Shown here: positions 27,185-35,921 of the stretch, piece by piece
How positions within the stretch are numbered: position 1 is the first letter of the stretch
How the letters are laid out: every line of letters begins with the position of its first letter
Assembly: GCA_030592355.1 (NCBI GenBank)
Contig: JAUVJE010000001.1
Coordinates: 1 to 35,921 of the forward strand
Direction of reading: 5' to 3'
Source of the DNA: Clostridia bacterium
Lineage (GTDB): Bacteria; Bacillota; Clostridia; DUPQ01
DNA: 35,921 bases
The notes under the pieces: generated by a model
Database searches by the model: none
What the model saw: the letters and a program-made list of their open reading frames with translations, nothing else
What the model was told of the DNA's origin: nothing
Translations under genes and position numbers: made by a program

Positions 27185-27226
27185 GCCAAAATATACAACA
27201 AACATTTTATGGAGTAAATACAATAC

Positions 27227-29653
27227 ATGGATAAATTCTTTTCGCTAAAAGACAGAATTGAAATGGCTCTTAAAAGCGAGTATGCAGTTAGTCCCGGGAA
27301 AGCTACAAAACAGCAGGTTTTTGACGCAACCGCACATACGATTAGAGACCATCTGATGCCATACTATATGAAATCGGTCGACGACCATCACGGGAAGAAA
27401 AACCTTTTTTATATGTGTATGGAATTTTTATTAGGCAGAACATTGAATAACGCCCTCATGAATATGGGTCTTTTCGACGAGTATAAAGAAGCGCTTGACG
27501 AAATGGGTTTTGACATAGATGATATTATTTGCGAAGAACCGGATCCCGGACTCGGCAACGGCGGATTGGGTCGTCTGGCCGCATGCTTCCTGGATTCTGT
27601 CGCATCTTTAGATTTACCGGTTGTAGGATGCGGCATCAGATACCAAAACGGGCTTTTCAAGCAAGTAATCGAAGACGGTTATCAAAAAGAAGCTCCCGAC
27701 ACATGGCTTTCACGGGGTTTTCCTTGGGAAATAAAGCGAGAAGACAGAAAAGTAGAAGTTCGTTTCGGCGGTTTTGTCTATGAGGAGTGGATAGACGGTA
27801 AACTATCTGTAATGCATACAGGATATGATTCAGTAACTGCAATTCCATACGATGTTCCCATAATCGGCGGAAACAACTCAAGCACTGCCGGTATTCTGAA
27901 GCTTTGGAGTGCAGAGCCGTACGAAAATTTTGACCTTGCGACTTTCAATAAGGGCGAATACAGAAAATCGTTGAAAAACGAAAATAATGCCAGCATACTT
28001 TGCAGGGTTCTTTATCCGGCTGACAACCACACCAACGGACAGGAGCTTCGGCTTAAGCAACAATATTTCCTGTGCTCCGCTTCCATGCAGTATCTTGTAA
28101 ATAGATTTCTTAGTCTGGGAAACGATGATTTATACAAACTGCCGGCTTATGCGGCAGTGCATATTAATGATACGCATCCCACCCTTGCCATCCCCGAACT
28201 TATGAGAATACTTATGGATGAACACGACTTCGCATGGAACGAAGCCTGGAGTATCTGTAAAAAAATGTTTTCGTACACCAACCATACAATTCTCGGAGAA
28301 GCACTGGAAACCTGGCCTAAAAAACTCATGCAGGAGATTATTCCGAGAATATTTAAAATAATAAGTGAAATCAACGAGCGTTTTTGCACGGATGTATGGA
28401 ATAAAAACCCCGGGGATTGGTCCGTTATTAACCGCATATCCATAATTCATGAAGATAAGGTACGGATGGCCAACCTTTGCGCACTGGCATGCCATACAGT
28501 AAACGGGGTATCACAGCTGCACTCGAAAATACTGAAAGATGATGTTTTCAGCGATTTCAACAAACTTTATCCAAATAAATTCACCGGCATTACAAACGGC
28601 ATTACCCACAGACGATGGCTTCAATACGCAAATCCTGCATTGTCCGAACTCATTACCGAAGCAATCGGAGATTCCTGGATATCAGATCCCGAAAGACTTG
28701 AGGATTTGAAACCCTTTGCCGATGATTCTTCATTCCGCGAAAAATTTATTGCAGTCAAAAGAACTAATAAAGAAAAACTAAACAAGTATCTTCAAAATAA
28801 ACAAGGGGTGTCTTTCGATATTGATTCCATGGTAGATGTTCAGGCGAAACGACTGCATGAATACAAGCGGCAGCTTCTCAACGCATTGCATATACTTCAC
28901 CTATATAACAGAATTGTTACCGGAGATTATAAAAACATGGTTCCCAGAACATTTATTTTCGCTGCAAAAGCAGCTCCCGGATACGATATGGCTAAATTGA
29001 TAATCAAATTGATTAATGAAATATCAGTGCTTGTAAACGCAAACCCCTTGGCAAGGGATTTAATTAAGGTAATTTTCCTTGAAAATTACAGTGTCTCTTC
29101 AGCTGAAATACTCATACCTGCTACCGACCTTTCAGAACAACTTTCAACTGCAGGTTTTGAAGCCTCCGGCACCGGGAACATGAAATTTATGATGAACGGA
29201 GCTCTGACAATAGGAACAATGGACGGAGCAAATATTGAAATCAGCAACAGGGTGGGAACTGACGACTTCTTTGTTTTCGGGCTTAAAGCTGACGAAGTTA
29301 AAGAGAGAAAAACACAGGGTTATGCATCCTATAATATATGTACTCAGAATCCGATTCTGATGGCTGCAGTCAATAGATTGACTGACGGTTCTCTTGCAAA
29401 TGGAAATCTTTCATTATTTTCCGAAATAAAAAGCAACCTTATACTCGGCAGTCACGGCGCCGCTGATTCATATATGGTTCTTTGTGATTTTAATTCATAT
29501 AGATTAACTCAGTTGAAGGTTAATGAAGCATATGCTGATTCCCATCGCTGGGGAAAATCAGCTATTATTAATACGGCTATGTCGGGGTTTTTCTCCAGCG
29601 ACCGTACAATAAGAGAGTATAATGAACGCATCTGGAATCTAGACAGGCTGTAA
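27227..29653 (+). CDS. glgP: Glycogen/maltodextrin phosphorylase
   Basis: The ORF is 808 aa. The PLP-lysine region (EASGTGNMKFMMNGALTIGTMDGANIEI), LGNGGLGRLAACF and HEYKRQ are present. Confidence 0.95.
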   Translation: MDKFFSLKDRIEMALKSEYAVSPGKATKQQVFDATAHTIRDHLMPYYMKSVDDHHGKKNLFYMCMEFLLGRTLNNALMNMGLFDEYKEALDEMGFDIDDIICEEPDPGLGNGGLGRLAACFLDSVASLDLPVVGCGIRYQNGLFKQVIEDGYQKEAPDTWLSRGFPWEIKREDRKVEVRFGGFVYEEWIDGKLSVMHTGYDSVTAIPYDVPIIGGNNSSTAGILKLWSAEPYENFDLATFNKGEYRKSLKNENNASILCRVLYPADNHTNGQELRLKQQYFLCSASMQYLVNRFLSLGNDDLYKLPAYAAVHINDTHPTLAIPELMRILMDEHDFAWNEAWSICKKMFSYTNHTILGEALETWPKKLMQEIIPRIFKIISEINERFCTDVWNKNPGDWSVINRISIIHEDKVRMANLCALACHTVNGVSQLHSKILKDDVFSDFNKLYPNKFTGITNGITHRRWLQYANPALSELITEAIGDSWISDPERLEDLKPFADDSSFREKFIAVKRTNKEKLNKYLQNKQGVSFDIDSMVDVQAKRLHEYKRQLLNALHILHLYNRIVTGDYKNMVPRTFIFAAKAAPGYDMAKLIIKLINEISVLVNANPLARDLIKVIFLENYSVSSAEILIPATDLSEQLSTAGFEASGTGNMKFMMNGALTIGTMDGANIEISNRVGTDDFFVFGLKADEVKERKTQGYASYNICTQNPILMAAVNRLTDGSLANGNLSLFSEIKSNLILGSHGAADSYMVLCDFNSYRLTQLKVNEAYADSHRWGKSAIINTAMSGFFSSDRTIREYNERIWNLDRL

Positions 29654-29659
29654 ACAAAT

Positions 29660-31549
29660 ATGATTGTCCACAATTCAAGGGATTTATTCTATAGAACTCC
29701 ATTTGGCGCCGTTGAAAACGGAACCACGGTTGTTTTACGGCTTTTATTCAGCGAAGAACAAATTCCTGAACAATGCAGGTGCAACCTTTGGCGTAAAAAC
29801 TATGAACTTGAAATTAACATGAAGTTTTCATCAGAAAGCAAAAGTTTTGAGTGTGCCTTGGTCGCAGATAGCGACGGCGCCCCCCTTTGGTACTATTTCG
29901 TTTTTATCTACTCTGACGGACGCATGTTATTCTATGGTAATAATACTGATCTTCTCGGCGGCATTGGCAGCATATATGAATCTAATCCGCCTTCCTATCA
30001 GATAACTGTTTACGACAGCGGATTTCTGACACCCCGTTGGTGGCGAGAAGGTCCTGTTTATCATATTTTTGTAGACAGATTTTCCAAATCCAAGTTGTAC
30101 TCCCCTGAACGAAATCCTGATTTCTACTATCATGAAAACTGGTATAGCGAGCCATTACACCTTCCGCACAACGGCTGTCCAAAATATTTCCCCAACGATT
30201 ATTTCGGCGGTAATCTACAGGGCATCACAGAAAAACTGGGCTATATAAGTAGTCTCGGCATCAGAACAATTTACCTTTCTCCCGTGTTTGAAGCTCACTC
30301 CAATCACAAATATGATACAGCTGATTACATGAAAATAGATCCGGCTTTCGGAACCAATGAAATATTTGAGGAACTATGCAATAAAGCTTCTGCCATGGGT
30401 ATGAATGTCATTCTTGACGGTGTCTTTTCGCACACCGGTGACAATAGCATTTATTTCAATAAGTACGACAAATATGATTCCTGCGGAGCTTATCAATCAG
30501 TTGAATCACCTTATTATGCTTGGTATAGTTTCAAGGAATATCCTGACATATATAAATGCTGGTGGGATGTTGAGACAATGCCCACCGTAAATAAGAATAA
30601 TTCAGATTTTAAAAAATTTATCTGCGGTGAAAAAGGCGTCGTCAGAGATTGGATTAAGCTTGGTGCTTCCGGATGGCGTCTTGATGTAGCAGATGAGCTG
30701 CCCATGGATTTTCTAAAGGAACTGCGTAAAGGAGCGAAGAATGAGAACCCGGAAGCACTTATAATCGGCGAGGTATGGGAAGATGCCTCAAACAAAGTTT
30801 CTTATGGCGAGTTACGCAATTATTGTTACGGGGATACCCTGGATTCTGTTATGAACTATCCGGTCCGAAATGCTGTGCTTAACTTCCTAGGTGGTAAAAT
30901 CACCTCCAAAAAAGCAGCGGCAATACTCGAATCCCAACAGGAAAACTATCCTCTGGAATTTTTGAATGCTTCAATGAATCTATTGGGTTCACATGACAGG
31001 GCAAGGCTGAGAACGGTATTGTCAGGAGCACCTGACCCTGATACACTGACCCGGCAGGAACAGGCGGATTACACTCACGACGCCGGTGCCCTTACACTAT
31101 CACACAGCCGTGTTAAATGCGCGGCAGCATTACTATTTATATTACCCGGAGTCCCCTATATTTACTATGGGGATGAAATCGGTGTAACGGGAATGGCTGA
31201 TCCATTCAACAGATATGCTTATCCTTGGGGCAATGAAGATAACGGGCTTCTTGAATTTTTTAAATTCATAGCAAATTATAGAAAAAACAATCCTGTTCTT
31301 ATAGACGGCTATACCCGATACTTCTCTTTTCATGATGATGTGTTCGGATGCCTTAGGATTCTCGGCGATGAATGTATCTTCGCAATAATAAACCGTAATA
31401 CAAATAAATCGCATGGAATCAACATTACAGTCCCCGTTATGTCTCAATTTAAAGATATAACCACAGGGAAGCTATTCTCACCCGGCCCGGACAACTCTTT
31501 TAAACTGGAACTAGCGCCTCTTTCTTACTCAATTCTTACAACCACCTGA
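29660..31549 (+). CDS. GH13 alpha-glucosidase/neopullulanase-like enzyme (intracellular)
   Basis: GH13 regions I-IV are present: VILDGVFSHTG, GWRLDVADEL, IGEVWED, LLGSHDRAR. There is no signal peptide. It starts 6 nt after glgP. Confidence 0.85.
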   Translation: MIVHNSRDLFYRTPFGAVENGTTVVLRLLFSEEQIPEQCRCNLWRKNYELEINMKFSSESKSFECALVADSDGAPLWYYFVFIYSDGRMLFYGNNTDLLGGIGSIYESNPPSYQITVYDSGFLTPRWWREGPVYHIFVDRFSKSKLYSPERNPDFYYHENWYSEPLHLPHNGCPKYFPNDYFGGNLQGITEKLGYISSLGIRTIYLSPVFEAHSNHKYDTADYMKIDPAFGTNEIFEELCNKASAMGMNVILDGVFSHTGDNSIYFNKYDKYDSCGAYQSVESPYYAWYSFKEYPDIYKCWWDVETMPTVNKNNSDFKKFICGEKGVVRDWIKLGASGWRLDVADELPMDFLKELRKGAKNENPEALIIGEVWEDASNKVSYGELRNYCYGDTLDSVMNYPVRNAVLNFLGGKITSKKAAAILESQQENYPLEFLNASMNLLGSHDRARLRTVLSGAPDPDTLTRQEQADYTHDAGALTLSHSRVKCAAALLFILPGVPYIYYGDEIGVTGMADPFNRYAYPWGNEDNGLLEFFKFIANYRKNNPVLIDGYTRYFSFHDDVFGCLRILGDECIFAIINRNTNKSHGINITVPVMSQFKDITTGKLFSPGPDNSFKLELAPLSYSILTTT

Positions 31550-31642
31550 TTCCAACCCGATTCGCGGCTGATTGCACATTAATAGACCGGTTGTGCATTG
31601 TGCTTTATTAAATAAGATGATATCGGAAAATATACAAAATAT

Positions 31643-32338
31643 TCAATCTAAATCTACCGGAACAGAATTACCTATTGCTATTTCACCTTCAGTGACAAAA
31701 CTATCGCACGCTGTTACACGGACACCTTTGCTACGGGCAATTTTTAAAGCTTTGGTAAATTCAGGATCCATAAGCTTATTTGGTTTGAAGTTTTTAGCAG
31801 GTCTGTATTGAATGAGGAACACTATATGGGCTTCATAACCTTCTTTCTTAGCCTCTGCCAGTTCAAGAAGATGTTTTCTGCCCCGTTGGGTAGGAGCGTC
31901 AGGAAACATGGCGGTTCCATTTGAATCCAAAGTCACCCCTTTAATCTCAATGAAACCCCTTGCTCCAAAAACAGTCTCATAATATATATCAAATCTTGAG
32001 TTCCGGAAAACCACTTCTCTTTTTATATAATTCATTTTTGGGAATCCGGCAATCAAGCCATCGCCCAATGCATCATATACCACTTTATTCGGCACCTGGG
32101 AATCGATGTTTATCAACATATCGCCCTTATAAACTGCAATTAGGGAATACTTTGTCTTCCTTTTGGGATTATCGCTTTTTTCAAGAAAAACCCCTACCCC
32201 CGGAATGAGTATTTCTTTACATCGTCCGGTGTTTTTTACATGTACATATTCAACAACGCCTGACATATCAACCAATGCGCCGAAACGATGGAGCCGCTCA
32301 AGAAAAATTCCTTTTGTAATATTACTGTACTTCATCAA
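31643..32338 (-). CDS. sfsA: Sugar fermentation stimulation protein A homologue
   Basis: The N-terminus (GIFLERLHRFGALVDMSG ... VHVKNTGRCKEIL), the later DAPTQRGRKHL and the length of 231 aa are typical of SfsA. Confidence 0.9.
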   Translation of the reverse strand: MMKYSNITKGIFLERLHRFGALVDMSGVVEYVHVKNTGRCKEILIPGVGVFLEKSDNPKRKTKYSLIAVYKGDMLINIDSQVPNKVVYDALGDGLIAGFPKMNYIKREVVFRNSRFDIYYETVFGARGFIEIKGVTLDSNGTAMFPDAPTQRGRKHLLELAEAKKEGYEAHIVFLIQYRPAKNFKPNKLMDPEFTKALKIARSKGVRVTACDSFVTEGEIAIGNSVPVDLD

Positions 32339-33392
32339 CTATTGACCCCATAAACTCCACCTGATCACTGAAATCATCCAGATCGGGCCGAAGTAAAAAC
32401 CACAACCTTGTTTCCTTATTCCTTTTCTCATTAACAGTTTGGAAATATCCCGTCATATTTCCAAAATCACTTACATGATTATCCATGATATTGGGAACGA
32501 AAACAACCGATGAGCCAAAAACCCCGAACAGTTTTTCTATGTCTATATTCGGATAAACAAATTCCAATCCCAGTATATTGATTCCAGATGCAGCAAGATT
32601 ATCGATATGTTGGGAAAACTGACCGCAGCAGTGTATAAAAACTCCTTTAAACTCATCCGCTATTCTTTTAACATAGGGTAAGCCGAATTCCTTATATAAT
32701 TCCGGAGACAACAACGGCATGTAATCCTCGGTTATTCCGACTCCGATATCCCGCGGGAGCCAAATATACGGCCAGAGAGGGGCTTCAATCGCGGGGATCA
32801 TTTCCAGCATTGATTTAATTACACTTATAAGATGTTCTGTAATTATATTCAGGGCGTAATGTACTTTTTCAGGATAATCATACATTGCCATCATAAAATT
32901 CTGTTGTTCCCATAAAAGAGAGAGCGTATTAAGCGGTCCCTGCAAGTCCAGCATAGTACAGGATAAATTTCCATTTCCCGTTCTTTTATTTACGCGCTGC
33001 CATAATTCACAACTCTTTTTCACATCACCGGTGTTCGCCTTTTTAGCCTTTAATGAAGTTACCTCTTCTGCTGTATTTATAACCGGGTAAATCCATATCA
33101 TCCCACCTTCCGGCTTATAAATTTTTCCTCCCCAAAAAGCAGCTGTACTGATAGTGCCAAAATCAATTGCCAGCCTTGGGATATTATATCCGGGTAAATC
33201 TTTTCCGGCCAATAAATTCAGAATAGCATTTTCAATCATGTCATCCAGATTTTCAAGCTGCCTGTATTCATATTTATTTGAATATGCTGAATAAACGGTT
33301 TTAATGCCGCCGTTCCAGAAATTTCTCAGGTGATTTTTGGTATCATGCAGTTTTTGAGGCGGGTACATGGTATTAAAGTCCAATGAAGTCAT
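32322..33392 (-). CDS. Uroporphyrinogen decarboxylase (URO-D)-like family protein, function unknown
   Basis: The segment GVFIHCCGQFSQHIDNLAASGINILGLEF and the length fit URO-D/MtaA-like TIM-barrel proteins. I chose the ATG at 33392 because GGAGG lies 8 nt upstream and the upstream gene's TAA is at 33397-33399. The track start at 33440 would overlap that gene by 44 nt. Confidence 0.5.
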   Translation of the reverse strand: MTSLDFNTMYPPQKLHDTKNHLRNFWNGGIKTVYSAYSNKYEYRQLENLDDMIENAILNLLAGKDLPGYNIPRLAIDFGTISTAAFWGGKIYKPEGGMIWIYPVINTAEEVTSLKAKKANTGDVKKSCELWQRVNKRTGNGNLSCTMLDLQGPLNTLSLLWEQQNFMMAMYDYPEKVHYALNIITEHLISVIKSMLEMIPAIEAPLWPYIWLPRDIGVGITEDYMPLLSPELYKEFGLPYVKRIADEFKGVFIHCCGQFSQHIDNLAASGINILGLEFVYPNIDIEKLFGVFGSSVVFVPNIMDNHVSDFGNMTGYFQTVNEKRNKETRLWFLLRPDLDDFSDQVEFMGSIVDEVQ

Positions 33393-33396
33393 ATAT

Positions 33397-34917
33397 TTAC
33401 CTCCAGTAATCCTGCGTAGCAAACATCCGGTTTTCATCATTAATCCAGACCCCTACCCCGATATAGTAGAAATTACCCAGTAAAATATCCCTGTGTCCGG
33501 TCTGCGAATTAAGCCAGCCATTTACCATATGTACGGAATCCCTATATCCGAACGCAATATTTTCACCGGCTGATATATATTTAATTCCCTGATTATCAAA
33601 TCTGTCGCCTAAGCCGTCTCCTTCAGGATTATAGTGGGAAAAGAAATCCCGGTCCGCCATATCTTTAGAGTGCAGCACAGCGGCCTTTGCGGCCTGCGTT
33701 TCCCAGACCAGAACCCTCAATCCTTTTTGAATCCTGATTGCATTCGCAATCCCGAACACCTGTGTCTCCAGGGATGTATAAAGTGAATTGTCAATGGGTT
33801 CAATGAACTCATCCAGGGTTTTTTCTTCCATTTTATCATCTATGATTAATAATGCCGTTATTATGTCGTCTTCATATGAATCATAATAATATGTTATATA
33901 ATCACCTTCAGCGGTATGAAAAGTTCCTTTATCTTCATTATCAAGGTTATATATATAGATTATATTTTCATCCGGCTCAGATTTTCTCAACTCCGTCAGG
34001 GGCTCATCATAAACAGCTGTTACTTCGTTTCTGGTCATTCCAATCCTTATATTCCCGTCTCCTCCAAAACCATAGGATGCCGACAGTACGGCTACGACCC
34101 TTTCATTCTCAATACCTACCTGAATGTAGTTTTCCATGTCAGTATCATAAATCATCCAGTAAAAGCCATACCTTGATGTCATACCCCTGTCAGGATTCCC
34201 CAGGACTATCAGGACATATTCAAGCGAATGGCCGATTGATATATCTATACGATTGAGGTCATATTCGGATATAATCCCCATACTTTCTGCCATACCTCTG
34301 TCAACAATACCGTCTGAAACCAATTTTTCAGCAAGAGAAATATCACTTAATTTCATGCCTTCCTTCAAAAATTCAAGTGACAGAAAGACAACATGGCCGC
34401 GCAAAAACACGTTTTTAAGTAATTCTTGATATGTGTTGTGATTGATTATCCCGTTTTCATAAAGAAATTCAAGCGAATTTCCCCATGTGAAATCGTTTGC
34501 CGGAACAGAGTCTGAGTATCCAAGGGCTCTTAATGCAAAAGTTATATAGCTGATCGCTTTCAAAGGCATATATGACCCGAATTCACTATCTGAAATACCT
34601 TTTGTGAGTTTATTGCGGTAAAGATACCCGACATAAGGAGAACCCCACTGCGGTACATCAATGAATGGATGGGCATAATTCTGTTCCAGTGCTTCCTCCT
34701 CCGCTCCCAGCAGCCTTACAAACATAACGGCTCCTTCAAGGCGCGTAGGTTCCCTTTCCAATTCAAATCCAATGTCAGTTCCTTTGAAAAGTCCGAGAGT
34801 ATTCAGTTTGACTGCATATTCATAATGTTCGGAAAGTATCTCCTCTGCAAATATACCGTTTATCAGTACAAAAGTTAATATTAATGTAGTTATCAGAATA
34901 GCAATTCTTTTTTTCAT
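33397..34917 (-). CDS. Secreted SLH-domain protein with CAP-associated and CAP/SCP (YkwD-like) domains
   Basis: There is a signal peptide (MKKRIAILITTLILTFVLINGIFA). SLH-like repeats are present (LGLFKGTD...EPTRLEGAVMFVRLLG; FIDVPQWGSPYVGYLYRNKLTKG). The C-terminal CAP domain is present (HSKDMADRDFFSHYNPEG ... GENIAFG ... WLNSQTGHRDILL). Confidence 0.8.
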   Translation of the reverse strand: MKKRIAILITTLILTFVLINGIFAEEILSEHYEYAVKLNTLGLFKGTDIGFELEREPTRLEGAVMFVRLLGAEEEALEQNYAHPFIDVPQWGSPYVGYLYRNKLTKGISDSEFGSYMPLKAISYITFALRALGYSDSVPANDFTWGNSLEFLYENGIINHNTYQELLKNVFLRGHVVFLSLEFLKEGMKLSDISLAEKLVSDGIVDRGMAESMGIISEYDLNRIDISIGHSLEYVLIVLGNPDRGMTSRYGFYWMIYDTDMENYIQVGIENERVVAVLSASYGFGGDGNIRIGMTRNEVTAVYDEPLTELRKSEPDENIIYIYNLDNEDKGTFHTAEGDYITYYYDSYEDDIITALLIIDDKMEEKTLDEFIEPIDNSLYTSLETQVFGIANAIRIQKGLRVLVWETQAAKAAVLHSKDMADRDFFSHYNPEGDGLGDRFDNQGIKYISAGENIAFGYRDSVHMVNGWLNSQTGHRDILLGNFYYIGVGVWINDENRMFATQDYWR

Positions 34918-35031
34918 AATTCCCCCGTCGGATATAAAGGCTTATGCACATTGGAAGCACCGGATTGCGAAAAGCTCCCCATCACCAAATCATTATATCA
35001 TCAAAGCTATTTTAGTAAAAAACTTGCTTAT

Positions 35032-35076
35032 ATTTATACCGGCAGGTTAAATTAGCGGCAAAATTTATACTGGCAG
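35032..35076 (+). repeat. Two copies of ATTTATAC[C/T]GGCAG spaced 31 nt start to start
   Basis: Copy 1 is 35032-35045 (ATTTATACCGGCAG). Copy 2 is 35063-35076 (ATTTATACTGGCAG). They match at 13 of 14 positions. Both lie in the divergent intergenic region between the SLH/CAP gene and the GNAT-like ORF. Confidence 0.7.
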
Positions 35077-35152
35077 TATATTCAAAACAAGATTGAGCTG
35101 GTGTATATTGTCATTGCCCGTTCCTGCGGAGACCATCGAAAGCGAGACAATC

Positions 35153-35833
35153 ATGAACACAAATAGCTTCGACCAAGTAAATGGACCAATGTATTTCGGG
35201 GATATCGATACCCCAATTTTTGATTATCTGAAAAAACCCCTGGTCACTAAAAATTACCTTCTCCAACCTCTTGGAAATGAACATTTTCTGGACCTATTTG
35301 AGTTCAGATTACAAAATGAACCTCTTGAGAGCGATCCCTTTGAAAACCTCGGCGAAAAATTTGAGGATGCATACACACAGTTTTTCACATATATGTGTAA
35401 TGTAGATAATCTTGCCTGGGTACTGATGGACAGAATATATGTAGTGGGATTTTTTCTTTTGGAAATGGATGTAGACTATAATAATTATATGGGAAGGAAT
35501 GCTCATCTCTACTATGAAATGAGTCGAATAATAAAGGACGCGGAGACTCATGCACAATGTATCAAGGCAATCTCAAACCAGCTGTTCAGTGAATCAGACA
35601 TACCTAAAATCGAATTGCACCTTGATGAGAACGACGATGATAAAGCATGTATATGTGCACTTGAAAATCTTGGTTTTACAAAGGATATAAAAAAAGACTC
35701 GAATATGGGGTACCGTTATTATCTGATAAATGACGATCCGATTTTAAAAAATCCCCCCAGACATATGCCCTTTATAATTAAGGCCTATCAGGATAAGCGG
35801 ACAATGGCCGGCAGAAGCCAGGCAATGAATTAA
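35153..35833 (+). CDS. GNAT-fold (RimJ/RimL-like) protein, acetyl-CoA loop not evident
   Basis: The pattern LLQPLGNEHFLDLFEF ... AWVLMDR..VVGFFLLE ... AHLYYEM ... IELHLDENDDDKACICALENLGFTK follows the Acetyltransf_3 layout. I do not see the Q/RxxGxG/A motif. I prefer the ATG at 35153 to the TTG at 35093, but the RBS is weak for both. Confidence 0.4.
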   Translation: MNTNSFDQVNGPMYFGDIDTPIFDYLKKPLVTKNYLLQPLGNEHFLDLFEFRLQNEPLESDPFENLGEKFEDAYTQFFTYMCNVDNLAWVLMDRIYVVGFFLLEMDVDYNNYMGRNAHLYYEMSRIIKDAETHAQCIKAISNQLFSESDIPKIELHLDENDDDKACICALENLGFTKDIKKDSNMGYRYYLINDDPILKNPPRHMPFIIKAYQDKRTMAGRSQAMN

Positions 35834-35921
35834 CCCACTGCAGTCGATGGTATTCAAAACCAATTCCCCATAGGCCGGTGACAATGTAACCCACAATGCT
35901 AACATACATGATATCTCCAAA

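Noticed and set aside
31575-31612. A hairpin (TGCACA-13 nt-TGTGCA) between the convergent GH13 and sfsA genes.
   Set aside because: It is a 6-bp stem with a large loop. The U-tract is poor on the plus strand and absent on the minus strand. It is not convincing as a terminator.
35778-35921. An open minus-strand frame of 47 codons entering from the right edge (…MYVSIVGYIVTGLWGIGFEY…), possibly the 3' end of a membrane protein gene.
   Set aside because: It is too short to judge. The frame at the window edge cannot be verified. It would overlap the convergent GNAT-like ORF by about 56 nt. I therefore do not report it as a feature.
1-35921. A search for CRISPR arrays, IS elements or transposases, integrases, phage genes, toxin-antitoxin pairs and known defence-system signatures.
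   Set aside because: I saw none. There are no regularly spaced repeats and no DDE, tyrosine or serine recombinase-like ORFs. No small paired ORFs typical of TA modules are present, and no large ATPase or nuclease genes lack a housekeeping explanation.

Overview
This window looks like a core chromosomal region of a low-GC Firmicute of the Clostridia type, judged from spoVG, a glgC/glgD pair, an SLH-domain wall protein and frequent TTG/GTG starts. I support 27 protein-coding genes and one tRNA.

On the minus strand, read from high to low coordinates:
- An operon of SLH/CAP wall protein, URO-D-like protein and sfsA.
- A carbohydrate cluster: PHP phosphoesterase, a 1009-aa glycoside hydrolase, rhamnulokinase, an RhaI-type isomerase and a class II aldolase.
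- A MerR-GGDEF fusion gene.
- spoVG, followed by two amidohydrolase-fold genes, a GlmU-like protein that has only the acetyltransferase half, and a long-form prs.
- A CdaR/PucR-like regulator, ftsE, ftsX and an M23 peptidase.
- An S41 C-terminal peptidase, a SAM methyltransferase and hslO.
- tRNA-Val(TAC).

On the plus strand there is a complete glycogen operon (glgB-glgC-glgD-glgA, a 430-bp spacer, glgP, then a GH13 enzyme) and a GNAT-fold ORF at the right edge.

I found no CRISPR array, transposase, integrase, prophage gene, or recognisable defence or toxin-antitoxin module. I cannot honestly point to a clear novel multi-gene system. The items most worth a second look are:
1. The MerR-HTH::GGDEF fusion, which has a textbook MerR-type promoter (19-bp spacer plus dyad).
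2. The atypical, GC-enriched, non-coding glgA-glgP spacer bracketed by about 21-nt direct repeats.
3. The conserved spoVG-glmU-prs locus, where the uridyltransferase half of glmU is missing and two amidohydrolase genes sit in its place.

All functional calls come from reading motifs in the translations by eye. No database search was run.
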